Shown piece after piece: positions 26,077 to 36,570 of a stretch of DNA of 64,000 bases. Numbering within the stretch: the first letter of the stretch is position 1; every line of letters begins with the position of its first letter. A program made the position numbers and the translations under genes. This stretch comes from Escherichia phage kaaroe, in sequence record MN850574.1, one strand, 5' to 3'. The notes beneath the pieces were generated by a model. That model was given only the letters and a program-made list of their open reading frames with translations. It was not told where the DNA came from and did not search any database.

Positions 26077-29000
26077 TTAGTCTTCCCAGATAAAGTCTAC
26101 GGTACGAGTCAGATTATTGGCGATGATTTTAACATTACCAACTTTGATCCAATCACGAACCGTCATAGAGTTCATTAAACCACCTTCTGCAACTACTGCC
26201 CCGATTTCCTGAGCGGTAGGCTTATTCTGTTTGGTGTAAATTTCACCCCATGCTGTCCATTGACCACCAGTACCGGAACGGATATAATGTTTATGAGTAC
26301 CATCAGGGGACCAAAGCTGGGTAAGCCCGTCCGCGTCAGTACCCCATTGCATCAGAGTACCGTTTTTCTTCTCTGGATAAGTTTCTTTGATGTTCTGGGT
26401 AGTAACTCGCATATTCCAGAAACCGATGTTACCGATTGCCGGAGCGGTTGCCGCGCTAGCTTCATGCTTAACAGAAACAATAGGCGCATTATCCATAGTC
26501 AGCTTACCGACCATTGTATCGCCAGCATTCTTAACAAACTGACGGTTAAGAACTTCGTCGGCGTTTCCTGCGTGTACGATCTGATATTTCTGTCCGGCGA
26601 TCTCTGTAGTTAACGTTTGATGACCTGCCTTGATGTTAACACTTCCACCGTGACCGATATTCAGCATACCATCTGAGGAACGAGTCATTGCCGGATTAGA
26701 CTGGTCAACTATGTATAAACCGCCTTGTTTCGCATACAGGTTACGACCTGCAATAAAGTCTCTATATGCTGTCGCGTCGCCATTGTGTTTCATAGCAAAG
26801 GCGTAATGCTCAACGACTCCACCATCATTGATTTTACCGAAAGCGATAGCATCACTATCAACAACTTGCGCTGTTCCAGTACCACCAACGATAATAGACC
26901 AAGAGTTTTTCATGCCTTCCGATGCGGTTGTGCCATGCAGAGTAATTCCGGTGTGACCGTCAACTCCACGCTCACCCAACACCAGATGACCATTACTCGG
27001 AACATCGGTCGAGTTCTTAGTCACAGACAGAGTTTCAAAGGAACCTGATTTTAAGCACTCTAAATCGCCCTTCACGTTAACGTTTTTATTAAACGTGTAA
27101 TTGCTCTCTATGGTCTGATCAATGTCTCTACGCGCCCATTTAGCGGCCTCTACGTTACCCAATTTCAAACTATTCTGAGCGGTTGCCATCTTAGGTAAGA
27201 AATTAGCAAGTGCGTAGTTTAATCCTTTAGGGGTAACAGCAATTCCGTCATGCTGGTAGTTTCCTAGTTCTTGAGTAGAACCTTGCAGATTATCACCAAC
27301 AAAACAGTTTTCCTGAGTAGCAACTTTCAAGAAGCCACGACGCGCTTCGGTTGCTTTCCATGTATCCTCTGTCTGAACAACATATTTGAAGTTCTTCGGA
27401 GAAATTGCTACATTGTCCATAATACCAGCCACGGTTTCGGCTTGAGTACCAACTCGGATAATACCTTCTTTACCTTCGGTGGCCTTTTTGCCTTGCAGCT
27501 TTTTAGGCGTGATGATTGTAGTATCATCTTGACCAGCGTCAGTAAGCTGAGTAGTCGCAACTTTAGCGACACCTTTTGTATCTTCGGTTGCATCCAGACC
27601 GCTGATCATGATACCTTGCCACAAATCACCAGTAAGGTTAAGCCCCTGAGTCGGATCTACTTTCAAACGCTGTGCATTCTCAAAGAAGGTTTTAATCTTC
27701 AATGGGGTAGAAATGCGATCATCGTCACGACCTGCGTCAAATTCCGGCTGAGTTGCAATTTCTGCTAAACCGTGTAAAGTTTCCGTTGCGCGGCGAGTAT
27801 GCAACTTTTTAGGCGTGATGATATGGTTATCACTTTGACCTAAGTTTGTTTCTTCCTGAGTTGCAATTTCAGCGATACCAGTGCGCGATTCGGTAGCAGT
27901 ACGTTTCGTTAGCGTGCGAGTCGTGATGAGTAAAGCATCTTGCTGGGTTGATTCTGTAGCCCCTTGCACTTCCGCGTCAGTTGCCAGATAGCCAACACCA
28001 CGGGAAGTTTCGGTCGCCTTGACTTCGTTGATGTTTTTTGGCGTAACAATTTTAGCATGGTCATTGATGTTATAGATCCCTGTACCAGCTTCGCCACGTC
28101 GAGCGGCAGCACTGCCGCCAGCCTGAACAATTTCAGCAATACCAGCGAGATCTTCGGAAGCGCGACGTTCTTCTAATTTCTTAGGAGTAATAGCGCGGGT
28201 ATCGTCTAAACCTTCATTGGTTTCGTGCTGGGTTGCAATTTCCATCACACCACGACGGGCTTCGGTAGCAACACAGTCATTTAACTTTTTAGGCGTAACG
28301 ATAACATCATCCAGGAAGTTGGAACCAGTATCTTGATGCGTTTCCGCTTGAGTCGCAATGCGAGCAATACCGCGTCGAGTTTCGTTGGCGGTTTTATTAG
28401 CCAGCATTTTTGGTGTTACTGCAACTTCGTCGCTAGGATTCTCTTCATGGTTTTTATTCGTTTCAGTTTGGGTAGCCAGTGCAATTACACCAACACGATC
28501 TTTACGAGTCGGATCTACTCGTTCTACAATCGGGTGAGCATGTGCCACCAACCAGTATTTCTTACCATCATCACCTTCTGAATAAGAGAACTCCAGATAA
28601 GGTACATAATCATTTGCAGCGTTGAAAGACAATTCAGATACTCCCGTCCATGTATCGGTCCCATTGAATGGGTACTCGCTACGCTTAGGAAACTGAACCA
28701 TGTTTTTCTGCATAAGGATTTTTGTATCCTCTGTGGCGGTGATAATACGGCAATTCTGGTTTCCGTTCATATACTGCATAGAAACTTGAATACGATCACC
28801 CGGCTCGACATTGGTCGGCAGCGTCAGAGTAACATCACGACCACCAAATACAGCAACATAGCTATTAGGTTGCAAGCGAGTGTCATCGATGATCGGTTTA
28901 AGACGAACAGACTGATCACCATCCCACAAACGCCATAAGTTTTCCGTCTTGTCAAAGATGAATACACCATGACCGCTACGCTTACCGATAATCTCTTTTA

Positions 29001-29817
29001 GACCGGACGTGCCAATTGATTGTTCTTCTGCGTGCTCATGAACTTTAACCGTAACGTGGTTGGTTGCGGTTAATCCGTCAAGGTCTGTAGTCTGGATCAT
29101 GTCGCCATTGTTGGCAAACTTAGGAAGCACTAAGGTAATATTACCCAACGAACTACGACGAAATACCTGATCACCATTCTGCATTTGAATAGCATCAATC
29201 GCTGGCTGTGCGTACACACCGCGTGGCTCTGTTCCTGTCTGATAAACATGCCAACGATTACGAACAAAGATGAAATAGTTCATTGCATACGGGGTAGTGC
29301 AATACCATTTTCGGTTGTACACATTACCGTTATGGTAAAACTCATGTCCTGTACTCAAGAACGATAATTCGTTAACACCACACTTGCCACCGATATCTTT
29401 TACTGTTATAGTGTCTCCCTCTGCTGGTTTAGTTGGCATAGAGAAAGTCAAGTTTGCAAATTGACCATCTGCTGCGATATAATCACCAGACTGTAAAGGA
29501 GTATCACCGGAAGTTGCTGCAATATAATCCCAACGTGGGTCCGTGCGCAGTGCTTGCCATTTAGTCGGGTCAAAATCACCTGCTGGCTTTGTGATATCTT
29601 CTTTTGCATAATACGGACGGTTTTGATAGATTGTAGTTCCGTATTGATCATAACCGCGAGTTGTGTCATACTGAGTAATACCATTATGGTAATTGAAAAA
29701 TTCAACGTTGACCGCATCGGTGTTGACATTCTTATCAGCCAATGCTACATTGACGACCTTTTCATTACCAGCGTCAAAGCCAAATGTGGCCTTGAAATGT
29801 TGAGAAAAATCTGCCAT
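26077..29817 (-). CDS. 34: long tail fibre proximal subunit gp34
   Basis: KPAGDFDPTKWQALRTD, LTLPTNVEPGD, FPKRSEYP, RRGIARIATQ, ISTPLKIKT and C-terminal VKIIANNLTRTVDFIWED match T4 gp34. Confidence 0.93.
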   Translation of the reverse strand: MADFSQHFKATFGFDAGNEKVVNVALADKNVNTDAVNVEFFNYHNGITQYDTTRGYDQYGTTIYQNRPYYAKEDITKPAGDFDPTKWQALRTDPRWDYIAATSGDTPLQSGDYIAADGQFANLTFSMPTKPAEGDTITVKDIGGKCGVNELSFLSTGHEFYHNGNVYNRKWYCTTPYAMNYFIFVRNRWHVYQTGTEPRGVYAQPAIDAIQMQNGDQVFRRSSLGNITLVLPKFANNGDMIQTTDLDGLTATNHVTVKVHEHAEEQSIGTSGLKEIIGKRSGHGVFIFDKTENLWRLWDGDQSVRLKPIIDDTRLQPNSYVAVFGGRDVTLTLPTNVEPGDRIQVSMQYMNGNQNCRIITATEDTKILMQKNMVQFPKRSEYPFNGTDTWTGVSELSFNAANDYVPYLEFSYSEGDDGKKYWLVAHAHPIVERVDPTRKDRVGVIALATQTETNKNHEENPSDEVAVTPKMLANKTANETRRGIARIATQAETHQDTGSNFLDDVIVTPKKLNDCVATEARRGVMEIATQHETNEGLDDTRAITPKKLEERRASEDLAGIAEIVQAGGSAAARRGEAGTGIYNINDHAKIVTPKNINEVKATETSRGVGYLATDAEVQGATESTQQDALLITTRTLTKRTATESRTGIAEIATQEETNLGQSDNHIITPKKLHTRRATETLHGLAEIATQPEFDAGRDDDRISTPLKIKTFFENAQRLKVDPTQGLNLTGDLWQGIMISGLDATEDTKGVAKVATTQLTDAGQDDTTIITPKKLQGKKATEGKEGIIRVGTQAETVAGIMDNVAISPKNFKYVVQTEDTWKATEARRGFLKVATQENCFVGDNLQGSTQELGNYQHDGIAVTPKGLNYALANFLPKMATAQNSLKLGNVEAAKWARRDIDQTIESNYTFNKNVNVKGDLECLKSGSFETLSVTKNSTDVPSNGHLVLGERGVDGHTGITLHGTTASEGMKNSWSIIVGGTGTAQVVDSDAIAFGKINDGGVVEHYAFAMKHNGDATAYRDFIAGRNLYAKQGGLYIVDQSNPAMTRSSDGMLNIGHGGSVNIKAGHQTLTTEIAGQKYQIVHAGNADEVLNRQFVKNAGDTMVGKLTMDNAPIVSVKHEASAATAPAIGNIGFWNMRVTTQNIKETYPEKKNGTLMQWGTDADGLTQLWSPDGTHKHYIRSGTGGQWTAWGEIYTKQNKPTAQEIGAVVAEGGLMNSMTVRDWIKVGNVKIIANNLTRTVDFIWED

Positions 29818-29845
29818 TATTGGGTCTCCTTTTATAGTATGTTCA

Positions 29846-29853
29846 TATTTATA
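29846..29853 (-). promoter_or_regulatory. T4-type late promoter (TATAAATA)
   Basis: Minus-strand TATAAATA about 30 nt upstream of gene 34 ATG in the divergent 34/rnh intergenic region. Confidence 0.7.
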
Positions 29854-29891
29854 AAATAAGGCTTGATAGAAACAAAAGAGGATGATATATT

Positions 29892-30077
29892 ATGGTTAAA
29901 GTTGATTTGTCAGAAGGTGCAAAATGGGTAGTTGACAGAATCCCTGATAAGGATTACAATTATTTCCGCGCCGAATTAAACAATGCAATTCTGCGAGTTA
30001 TGGAGAAGTACGGGTATGACCGTGAAGTATCTAACTCGTTTGGCGAATATGTTGTTGTGAGAGTGGAGAGAACTTAA
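29892..30077 (+). CDS. hypothetical protein
   Basis: SD AAGAGGATGA before ATG. Confidence 0.45.
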   Translation: MVKVDLSEGAKWVVDRIPDKDYNYFRAELNNAILRVMEKYGYDREVSNSFGEYVVVRVERT

Positions 30078-30079
30078 TT

Positions 30080-31027
30080 ATGACGTATAACCCATTTACA
30101 AAAACGACCGCTACACTTAATGATTTCTTCGATGATCCAGAAGATAAACTGCCGGAAGGTGTGCATTTGATTGATATGTCGCAGCTTATGATTGCTACTA
30201 TCTCACATACCTTTAAACCGGAAGATCCTATTAATGAAGGTATGATCCGTCATCTTATCCTTGACACCATGCGTTATAATATGACAAAATTCAAAGAGCA
30301 ATACCCAATTACGGTACTTGCCTTTGATTCAAGCAAAGGTTACTGGCGACGTGATATCGCACCTTACTATAAACGCAACCGTAAGGAAAAACGAGACGCA
30401 GATCCGCGTGATTGGGAGATGATCTTTGCTGCGATCAATAAGATCACCGAAGAGTTTAAAGAGAACATGCCTTATCACGTTATTAAGGTTGACAAAGTTG
30501 AAGCGGATGATATAATCGCTGTGTTAACTAAAAAGTTTTCTGTCGAAGGTCGCCAGGTGCTGATCAACTCAGGCGATGGTGACTACACACAGTTACACAA
30601 ATACAAAAACGTGAAACAGTGGTCGCCAGTACAGAAAGCGTGGAAGAAATGCAAATATGGTAGCCCTTACAAAGACCTTATGGTAAAATGTGTTAAGGGT
30701 GACGCAAAAGACGGTGTAGCTTCTATCAAGTGCCGTAGTGATTTCATTATCTCACGACTGGAAGGAGAACGAGCTAAACCAATTGCAACCAAATGGTTAG
30801 AGCAAATTTTCGATGCCGAAGATCCAAAGTCTTTGATGACAGAGGAAGAAGCACGACGCTTTGACGAAAACCGCGAACTTATTGATTTTGAATTTATTCC
30901 TGATAACATCGAATATGAAATTTTGTTAGCATGGGAGAAATCTAAACCAGCACCACGCGGTAAAATTTATAACTATTTTGTAACAAATGCGTTAGTTAAA
31001 ATGTTGCAGAAAATTGGTGAGTTCTAA
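30080..31027 (+). CDS. rnh: RNase H / 5'-3' exonuclease (FEN family)
   Basis: KGYWRRDIAPYYKRNR, MPYHVIKVDKVEADDIIAVL, GDGDYTQLHKYKNVKQWSP, PRGKIYNYF match T4 RNase H. Confidence 0.93.
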   Translation: MTYNPFTKTTATLNDFFDDPEDKLPEGVHLIDMSQLMIATISHTFKPEDPINEGMIRHLILDTMRYNMTKFKEQYPITVLAFDSSKGYWRRDIAPYYKRNRKEKRDADPRDWEMIFAAINKITEEFKENMPYHVIKVDKVEADDIIAVLTKKFSVEGRQVLINSGDGDYTQLHKYKNVKQWSPVQKAWKKCKYGSPYKDLMVKCVKGDAKDGVASIKCRSDFIISRLEGERAKPIATKWLEQIFDAEDPKSLMTEEEARRFDENRELIDFEFIPDNIEYEILLAWEKSKPAPRGKIYNYFVTNALVKMLQKIGEF

Positions 31028-31037
31028 GGGTTGATAT

Positions 31038-31634
31038 ATGAAAGAACTTGAATTAAAATACTATGCACACTCACAAATTGGCGTCGAAACAATCTGTGAT
31101 TTGTGGGTAGCAATGTATGACGGGTACAATCTAGTAGATCGTGCTAACACTCTAAAACACGAATTTTATTATGATACCGAAGATCATGCACTGCGTCGAA
31201 AAGGAATTTATGCTCGACTTGACGTTAATAGATCATTGATCATGGTCAAAATAGGTGATAGTGAATCTGGACTCTTCAACCGAGAAGAAATTACTTTTTC
31301 AACAATGGATGATTTCTATCATTATGTTGATAGTCTAGGCGTAAACTCCGACCTTATCGTTCCTTTATTGCAAGTAATGACATACCGCAAGTCATTGACA
31401 CTTGACCTTGAGGGTGCTATAGTGGAAATGTGCAAAGACACTTTCTATTATTGCAAAGTCGGCGAAAGAATGGGAGAGGCTCACTATGAACTTGAGTTCG
31501 AGTTAAAATCAGGTGATGAAAAAGCACTTGACATTATCCGAGAAATGATGCTAGAATATGTTGGTGACGATTTAAGTCCTAGCGAATTTTCAAAAGCTGA
31601 ACGTGGTTTTCAATTAATGACGAAAGAGGGTTAA
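31038..31634 (+). CDS. hypothetical protein
   Basis: 198-aa ORF with no T4 counterpart recognised between rnh and dsbA. Confidence 0.5.
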   Translation: MKELELKYYAHSQIGVETICDLWVAMYDGYNLVDRANTLKHEFYYDTEDHALRRKGIYARLDVNRSLIMVKIGDSESGLFNREEITFSTMDDFYHYVDSLGVNSDLIVPLLQVMTYRKSLTLDLEGAIVEMCKDTFYYCKVGERMGEAHYELEFELKSGDEKALDIIREMMLEYVGDDLSPSEFSKAERGFQLMTKEG

Positions 31635-31638
31635 TATT

Positions 31639-31914
31639 ATGACTGAACAGAAAAAAGAAAAAGTAGTATTTGACGAAGCAGTGCACGGAAATACCCTGGC
31701 ACAACTGATTAAAGAAGCCAGCGATCAGAAAACCATTCAAGAAGCATATGGCGATAAGATCAAAGAGATCAAACAGCGTGCTAAAGAAGAATTAGGCGTA
31801 GATGGTAAAATGTGGGGCATTCTGTTTAAACTGTATCACCAGCAACAGCGCGAAACCTTCGAAGCAGAACGCGATGAAGCAGTAGAACTCTATGATCGGG
31901 TGTTCAATGCTTAA
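31639..31914 (+). CDS. dsbA: putative dsDNA-binding protein DsbA-like
   Basis: About 90 aa, position rnh-dsbA-33-59 as in T4; ELGVDGKMW and VELYDRVF recalled as DsbA-like. Confidence 0.5.
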   Translation: MTEQKKEKVVFDEAVHGNTLAQLIKEASDQKTIQEAYGDKIKEIKQRAKEELGVDGKMWGILFKLYHQQQRETFEAERDEAVELYDRVFNA

Positions 31915-32161
31915 TGAACATGCGGTAAAAGCCGCGAATAAAACAGCAAACGGTCTTGCAATCGAAAAACTGGTTGTTGAAGAGGGATTGACTTATCTTG
32001 AAGCGACAACTCAGTTTGTAGAGGAAAACTCTATAGAATATGGTCACTATCAGAAATATATTCCGGTGTCCATTATTGACAAGATCACACAAGAATGTAT
32101 AGTAAATAGAACGCTCAGGAAGGGAGTGATCGACGAACCGACCAACACTCTCGATATTTAA
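31907..32161 (+). CDS. 33: putative late transcription co-activator gp33 (position-based)
   Basis: Small ORF immediately upstream of gene 59, as gene 33 in T4; no sequence confirmation. Confidence 0.4.
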   Translation: MLNEHAVKAANKTANGLAIEKLVVEEGLTYLEATTQFVEENSIEYGHYQKYIPVSIIDKITQECIVNRTLRKGVIDEPTNTLDI

Positions 32162-32170
32162 GGGGTATGT

Positions 32171-32851
32171 ATGATCAGAAACCGTCTTCCTCCAGATCCA
32201 GATATGCGAATTAATGCTAAATCTGTGTATATGTTATATTGCATGATGAAAGCTCATATGAACGGGCGTTATGATTGCGTAAAATACAATTGGAGGATGC
32301 GGTTATCTGATGCCGCATTCAATAAACGCAGAGATAAGTATTATTTCGCGAAATTAGCGGAAAAGTACAATCTAAGAGAATTATACTTCCTATTCCTAAG
32401 CAATCTGGTAGCTAATACCGATGCATGGGTAGGTGAAATCACCGATGTTGACGCATACGGGTTTTACATGGAGTACATCGGTAAAATCACTGATGCGGCA
32501 ACACGATTTGACGATGACATTAAAAGTCTTGTATACTTCTCAGAGAAACGCGGGGTTACTCTTAAAGAGCTAATTACATACAATCCCGCAACCGAAACTA
32601 GCGGTATATTTAAACTACTGCAAAATCGGATTATATCGTTTGAGTCGTTTATGTTGTTAGATAGCTTTCTAAATATAATCGACGAACACGACAAGGTAGC
32701 CAAAGACTTGATTTGGCAAACTTATAGTGTTAAAATGAAGGCGTACAAGAAACTACTTGTTATTGACGCCGCAAAAGCAAGAGCATTATTTGTTAAAGTA
32801 GTTAAAGAGTGTAAAGAAATATCTCAATTAAAAGCCGAAACAAATAGTTGA
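32171..32851 (+). CDS. 59: helicase loader gp59
   Basis: KSVYMLYCMMKAHMNGRYDCVKYNWRMRLSDAAFNKRRDKYYF, LVANTDAWVGEI, ISFESFMLLDSFLNIIDEHD match T4 gp59. Confidence 0.93.
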   Translation: MIRNRLPPDPDMRINAKSVYMLYCMMKAHMNGRYDCVKYNWRMRLSDAAFNKRRDKYYFAKLAEKYNLRELYFLFLSNLVANTDAWVGEITDVDAYGFYMEYIGKITDAATRFDDDIKSLVYFSEKRGVTLKELITYNPATETSGIFKLLQNRIISFESFMLLDSFLNIIDEHDKVAKDLIWQTYSVKMKAYKKLLVIDAAKARALFVKVVKECKEISQLKAETNS

Positions 32852-32875
32852 CAAGTAAATTTAAATCTGTATAAT
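32848..32875 (+). promoter_or_regulatory. sigma70-type promoter upstream of gene 32
   Basis: TTGACA-16-TATAAT about 37 nt upstream of ATG 32912. Confidence 0.6.
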
Positions 32876-32911
32876 AGTCTAGTAAATTAATCAAAAGAAG
32901 GAATAGTGAAT

Positions 32912-33880
32912 ATGTTTAAACGCCAAGATTCTTCCAAACTGCAAGCTCAACTGGCCGCACTGAAAGGTGGCAACGGTTTCTCCAAAGAAGATCCGAAAGA
33001 GTGGAAGATTAAGACTGATGCAGCAGGTAACGGTGAAGCCCTGATTCGCTTCCTGCCGTCTAAGACAGAAGACGGTCTGCCGATTGTGAAACTGGTAAAC
33101 CATTCCTTCAAAGTTAATGGCAAATGGTATTGGGAAAACTGCTCAAGCACCCACGGTGATTTTGATTCTTGCCCTGTGTGCAAATATATTAACGAAAAAG
33201 ACTTGTACAATACCGATAAAACCGAATGGCAACTGATTAAGCGTAAAGCGTCTTACTACGCAAACATTCTGGTACTGAAAGATCCTCAAGCACCAGAAAA
33301 TGAAGGTAAGGTATTCAAATTCCGCTTCGGTCAGAAAATTTATGATAAGATCGTTGCAATGGTGAACGTGAATACCGATATGGGCGAAGTTCCGGTAGAT
33401 GTAACTTGTGTGTTCTCTGGTGCTAACTTCCTCCTGAAAGCTAAGAAGGTTGATAAACACCAGAACTATGATGATTCTCGTTTCATGCAGCAATCACAGC
33501 TTCCGAAAATTGAAGACGAAGCATATCAGAAATATCTGATGGAAAACATGGTTGATCTGAGTGAGATTGTAGCGCCTAGCCAGTTTAAACCGTTCGATGA
33601 ACTGGAAACCAAATTTAAGAAAACTATGGGCGTTTCTATGGTAGCTGGTGCTGCGGCTTCCAGTGCTGCGGCAGCGATTAACAGCCAGCTTGACGATTTT
33701 GACGCACAGATGAATGCATTCGATTCTGGTATGACCGCAGCTAGCACTGTAGTTGGTATTAACGCAGCTAGCACGGCGTTAGATTCTTCCGCTGATGACC
33801 TGATGGCATCTCTGGACCTGGGTGGCGGTACTTCCTCCGCTTCTGATCTGGATGATCTTGACGCTCTGTTAGGGATGTAA
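32912..33880 (+). CDS. 32: ssDNA-binding protein gp32
   Basis: [66 protein letters not shown] match T4 gp32; acidic C-terminus. Confidence 0.95.
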   Translation: MFKRQDSSKLQAQLAALKGGNGFSKEDPKEWKIKTDAAGNGEALIRFLPSKTEDGLPIVKLVNHSFKVNGKWYWENCSSTHGDFDSCPVCKYINEKDLYNTDKTEWQLIKRKASYYANILVLKDPQAPENEGKVFKFRFGQKIYDKIVAMVNVNTDMGEVPVDVTCVFSGANFLLKAKKVDKHQNYDDSRFMQQSQLPKIEDEAYQKYLMENMVDLSEIVAPSQFKPFDELETKFKKTMGVSMVAGAAASSAAAAINSQLDDFDAQMNAFDSGMTAASTVVGINAASTALDSSADDLMASLDLGGGTSSASDLDDLDALLGM

Positions 33881-33891
33881 TGAATTTTACA

Positions 33892-33916
33892 GCCTCCCTT
33901 CGGGGAGGCTTTTTAT
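33892..33916 (+). terminator. rho-independent terminator after gene 32
   Basis: GCCTCCC-TTCG-GGGAGGC followed by TTTTTATT. Confidence 0.75.
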
Positions 33917-33942
33917 TGCCTAAAATTTTATGAAAAAAGATG

Positions 33943-33970
33943 TTGACATGTTGGCGAGGTAATGTATAAT
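33943..33970 (+). promoter_or_regulatory. sigma70-type promoter
   Basis: TTGACA-16-TATAAT, then SD GGAGGA and ATG 34001. Confidence 0.55.
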
Positions 33971-34000
33971 GAACTCATCGAAACAACGGAGGATAAAAAT

Positions 34001-35245
34001 ATGAAAACTTACTTTGCAAAAGATGTTTGTTATATTATCAAAAATAAATCCGTCTCAAAAACACCAGAACATTACGAGAATCGCTCAATAAATTATGCAT
34101 TGTCTCATGGTTTCGTTTATTTGGGGTTTATTGGAGAATATTCTGGATGCCAAACCTTGTCAAATTTTGAATGTAAAAGACATGGAACGTTTGCGGTCAG
34201 AGTACAAAATCTAAATCATGCTAAACATGGTTGCCCAAAATGTGCCATTGAGGATAGGGCAGAAAAAAGAAAATTGAGTATAGAAAAGATTTATAACGAC
34301 ATAAATCGAATCTGTGACGAGAACGGAACTATAGAATTAACAGAAATTAAAGGTGGGTATAAAACAACAAAAACACGAAATTTATTTTTTAAATGTAAAT
34401 TGTGTAATGGCATGTTTAATACATCACATGATCATTTAAAACGAGGTCAAGCATGTCCAAAATGTCGGTATAAAAAAATTTCTGTGTGTAATACTAGAAA
34501 CCAACTTGATATTGAACTTGACATAAAAATAGAATGTAAAAAAAGAAAAACCGTTGAATTTGTAGAATTTGAAAATGGATATTGCAGATACAAGTCAAAA
34601 AATTTAATAATGAGATGTTTGCGTGGACACGGAAATTACACAACAACAGCAAACGACTTTTTTAAGGGACGTGGTTGTCCTACATGCGGAGGAACGAAAA
34701 GACTAACAGAAAAACAAGCATCTGAACAAATGATAAAAGAGTGTGAAATTAGAGGTTATGATTTTTTGGGATTTTTTAATGGGTATAAAAAGTCGGCAGA
34801 ACCTAATGCAAAATTAAAATGTAAACGCAGTGGGGTAGTTTTTTATACATCACACAACAATTTTATGAAAGGACAAAACTGTAAGTGTTGCTCTGAATTT
34901 GGATATAGAACAACGAAATCTGGTGTTTTCTATGTACAGAAACTGTTAGAAAATAATATTTTTTGTGGTGTTAAATTTGGTGTAACCAATAGAACAACAA
35001 AAGAACGAATTGGAGGTCAATCTCGCCTTTCCAAATTCGACCACGAGATCTTTTATGAACTTACTTTACAAGACGGTCAAAAGATCTTAGACTTAGAGAA
35101 CAAGATCAAGGAAGCGATGAAAGGTAAAACTTCCTATATCTCAAAAGAAGATATGCCGGATGGCTACACAGAAACAGTAGCGCCGTCAGAATTGAGCACT
35201 ATCATGTATATCGTAAAAACTTTTGAAAAAGAGTTGACAGCGTAA
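34001..35245 (+). CDS. multi-zinc-ribbon protein with C-terminal GIY-YIG/T5orf172-like domain (putative homing endonuclease)
   Basis: Four repeats of HG.F...N...GCPKC-type CxxC ribbons; C-terminal GVFYV..KFGVTNR..R motif; inserted between genes 32 and frd. Confidence 0.6.
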   Translation: MKTYFAKDVCYIIKNKSVSKTPEHYENRSINYALSHGFVYLGFIGEYSGCQTLSNFECKRHGTFAVRVQNLNHAKHGCPKCAIEDRAEKRKLSIEKIYNDINRICDENGTIELTEIKGGYKTTKTRNLFFKCKLCNGMFNTSHDHLKRGQACPKCRYKKISVCNTRNQLDIELDIKIECKKRKTVEFVEFENGYCRYKSKNLIMRCLRGHGNYTTTANDFFKGRGCPTCGGTKRLTEKQASEQMIKECEIRGYDFLGFFNGYKKSAEPNAKLKCKRSGVVFYTSHNNFMKGQNCKCCSEFGYRTTKSGVFYVQKLLENNIFCGVKFGVTNRTTKERIGGQSRLSKFDHEIFYELTLQDGQKILDLENKIKEAMKGKTSYISKEDMPDGYTETVAPSELSTIMYIVKTFEKELTA

Positions 35246-35261
35246 CGCAATAGTGTATAAT
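35234..35261 (+). promoter_or_regulatory. sigma70-type promoter
   Basis: TTGACA-16-TATAAT overlapping 3' end of the endonuclease-like ORF; ATG 35293. Confidence 0.5.
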
Positions 35262-35292
35262 GTACATATCGAAACAAAGAGAGGATTATATT

Positions 35293-35622
35293 ATGTGGAC
35301 TGTAGAACAAATCGTAGATGAAAAAGTAAGTATTATCTCATGTGGCACTATTGAAGAATGCCTAAAAGCCGCCAATCGTGAATGTATTACGGTTTATGAA
35401 GCCCGTCGCGGGGATGGTACTGTGTTAACCAGCGACTATCGATATGAACCAAAAATGATTACCTTTCGTTTCTGGGAAAATGGTGTTAATGTTGGGGTAT
35501 CTCACTTAAAACGTTTTCGTGATTATTCTGACCGTTATTTCATCACACCGGATAACGGTCAAGAATTTAAGACAGCAATCACAGAAGAAAATGTAAACGA
35601 AAACTATTTCAAACTGATTTGA
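35293..35622 (+). CDS. hypothetical protein
   Basis: GAGAGGATTATATT-ATG cassette. Confidence 0.5.
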   Translation: MWTVEQIVDEKVSIISCGTIEECLKAANRECITVYEARRGDGTVLTSDYRYEPKMITFRFWENGVNVGVSHLKRFRDYSDRYFITPDNGQEFKTAITEENVNENYFKLI

Positions 35623-35637
35623 TGGGAGATTTATATT

Positions 35638-36207
35638 ATGATTCAATGTGTATTTGCGATTGGTGACACTAAAATGTCAGATGAAAACTGGGCTTTTGGT
35701 TTTAAAGGCGGTTTACCGTGGGGTCGTCCAATCAAAAAGGACATGGAAAACTTTAAAATGCGCACTATGGGAGATGTTGATCTTGCGGCGGTAGTAATGG
35801 GACGTAATACCTTTGAAAGTCTGCCTAAAGCACTGGAAGGTCGTCTTAATGTGGTTATTAGTACCGATGCCAGCAAGCCGACACCGAAAGCCAAAAACGG
35901 CGACCAGCCTAATGTGTATACTGGAATTGAATTAAAGGATCTGTTAAAAGTCCTGGAGAAAACGCAAGGTTTGGTAAGTGTTATCGGCGGACCTTCCCTG
36001 ATTGAAAAAGCGGTTGACTTTGCGGATCGTATTGTGTTAACGTATGTTCAACGTTCAGGAATCAACGATCCATTTGAATATGATGTTGGTATCTCTAAGG
36101 AAATGATTCAGGAATTATATTTTGACTTTGTAACCAAAGAAGAACATAATTACTTCCTTGATGATTACCTGATCAGCGAACAAATTTTAGAACGTAAGAA
36201 GGCGTAA
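35638..36207 (+). CDS. frd: dihydrofolate reductase
   Basis: AFGFKGGLPWG, MGRNTFESLP, VIGGPSL motifs of DHFR. Confidence 0.88.
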   Translation: MIQCVFAIGDTKMSDENWAFGFKGGLPWGRPIKKDMENFKMRTMGDVDLAAVVMGRNTFESLPKALEGRLNVVISTDASKPTPKAKNGDQPNVYTGIELKDLLKVLEKTQGLVSVIGGPSLIEKAVDFADRIVLTYVQRSGINDPFEYDVGISKEMIQELYFDFVTKEEHNYFLDDYLISEQILERKKA

Positions 36208-36208
36208 C

Positions 36209-36298
36209 ATGAAAATTCTGACAGATTATGAGTGCAAACATTGTGGTGAATCTTTGATGTTTGCTGGTAGTCGGTGTTTACACTGCGGACGGGAACAA
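36209..36298 (+). CDS. tiny zinc-ribbon peptide (29 aa)
   Basis: MKILTDYECKHCGESLMFAGSRCLHCGREQ; ATG overlaps frd stop; manually translated. Confidence 0.3.
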
Positions 36299-36300
36299 TA

Positions 36301-36570
36301 ATGAAAGTCGGTATTATTCAATTATGGACGGCTACCAGTGAAAACTACGCAGTAGCCGTAGATTATTACGGTTTACAATATCTCTATGATGAAGCGAGCG
36401 CATCATGGCTTCCTGTGCAAGAAAATAGCGATATATCAAGACCTGCTACTATATTCGACCGTGGCGTTGTCTTTATCGATATTGACGAGACAGTAGCAAA
36501 ACTGCGTAAGAAAGCAATCAATAAGAAAAAGGTGATGTGGGATGAAAGAATATTTGAAACTATTGCGTGA
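36301..36570 (+). CDS. hypothetical protein
   Basis: ATG 36301; 3' end overlaps td start. Confidence 0.4.
   Translation: MKVGIIQLWTATSENYAVAVDYYGLQYLYDEASASWLPVQENSDISRPATIFDRGVVFIDIDETVAKLRKKAINKKKVMWDERIFETIA

Noticed and set aside
30487-30520. TTGACA-16-TATAAT inside the rnh coding sequence (and a similar TTGACA-17-TACAAT at 29921)
   Set aside because: Lacks the conserved leader/RBS cassette and lies within a coding region; could be a chance match in AT-rich DNA. Not annotated without transcript data.
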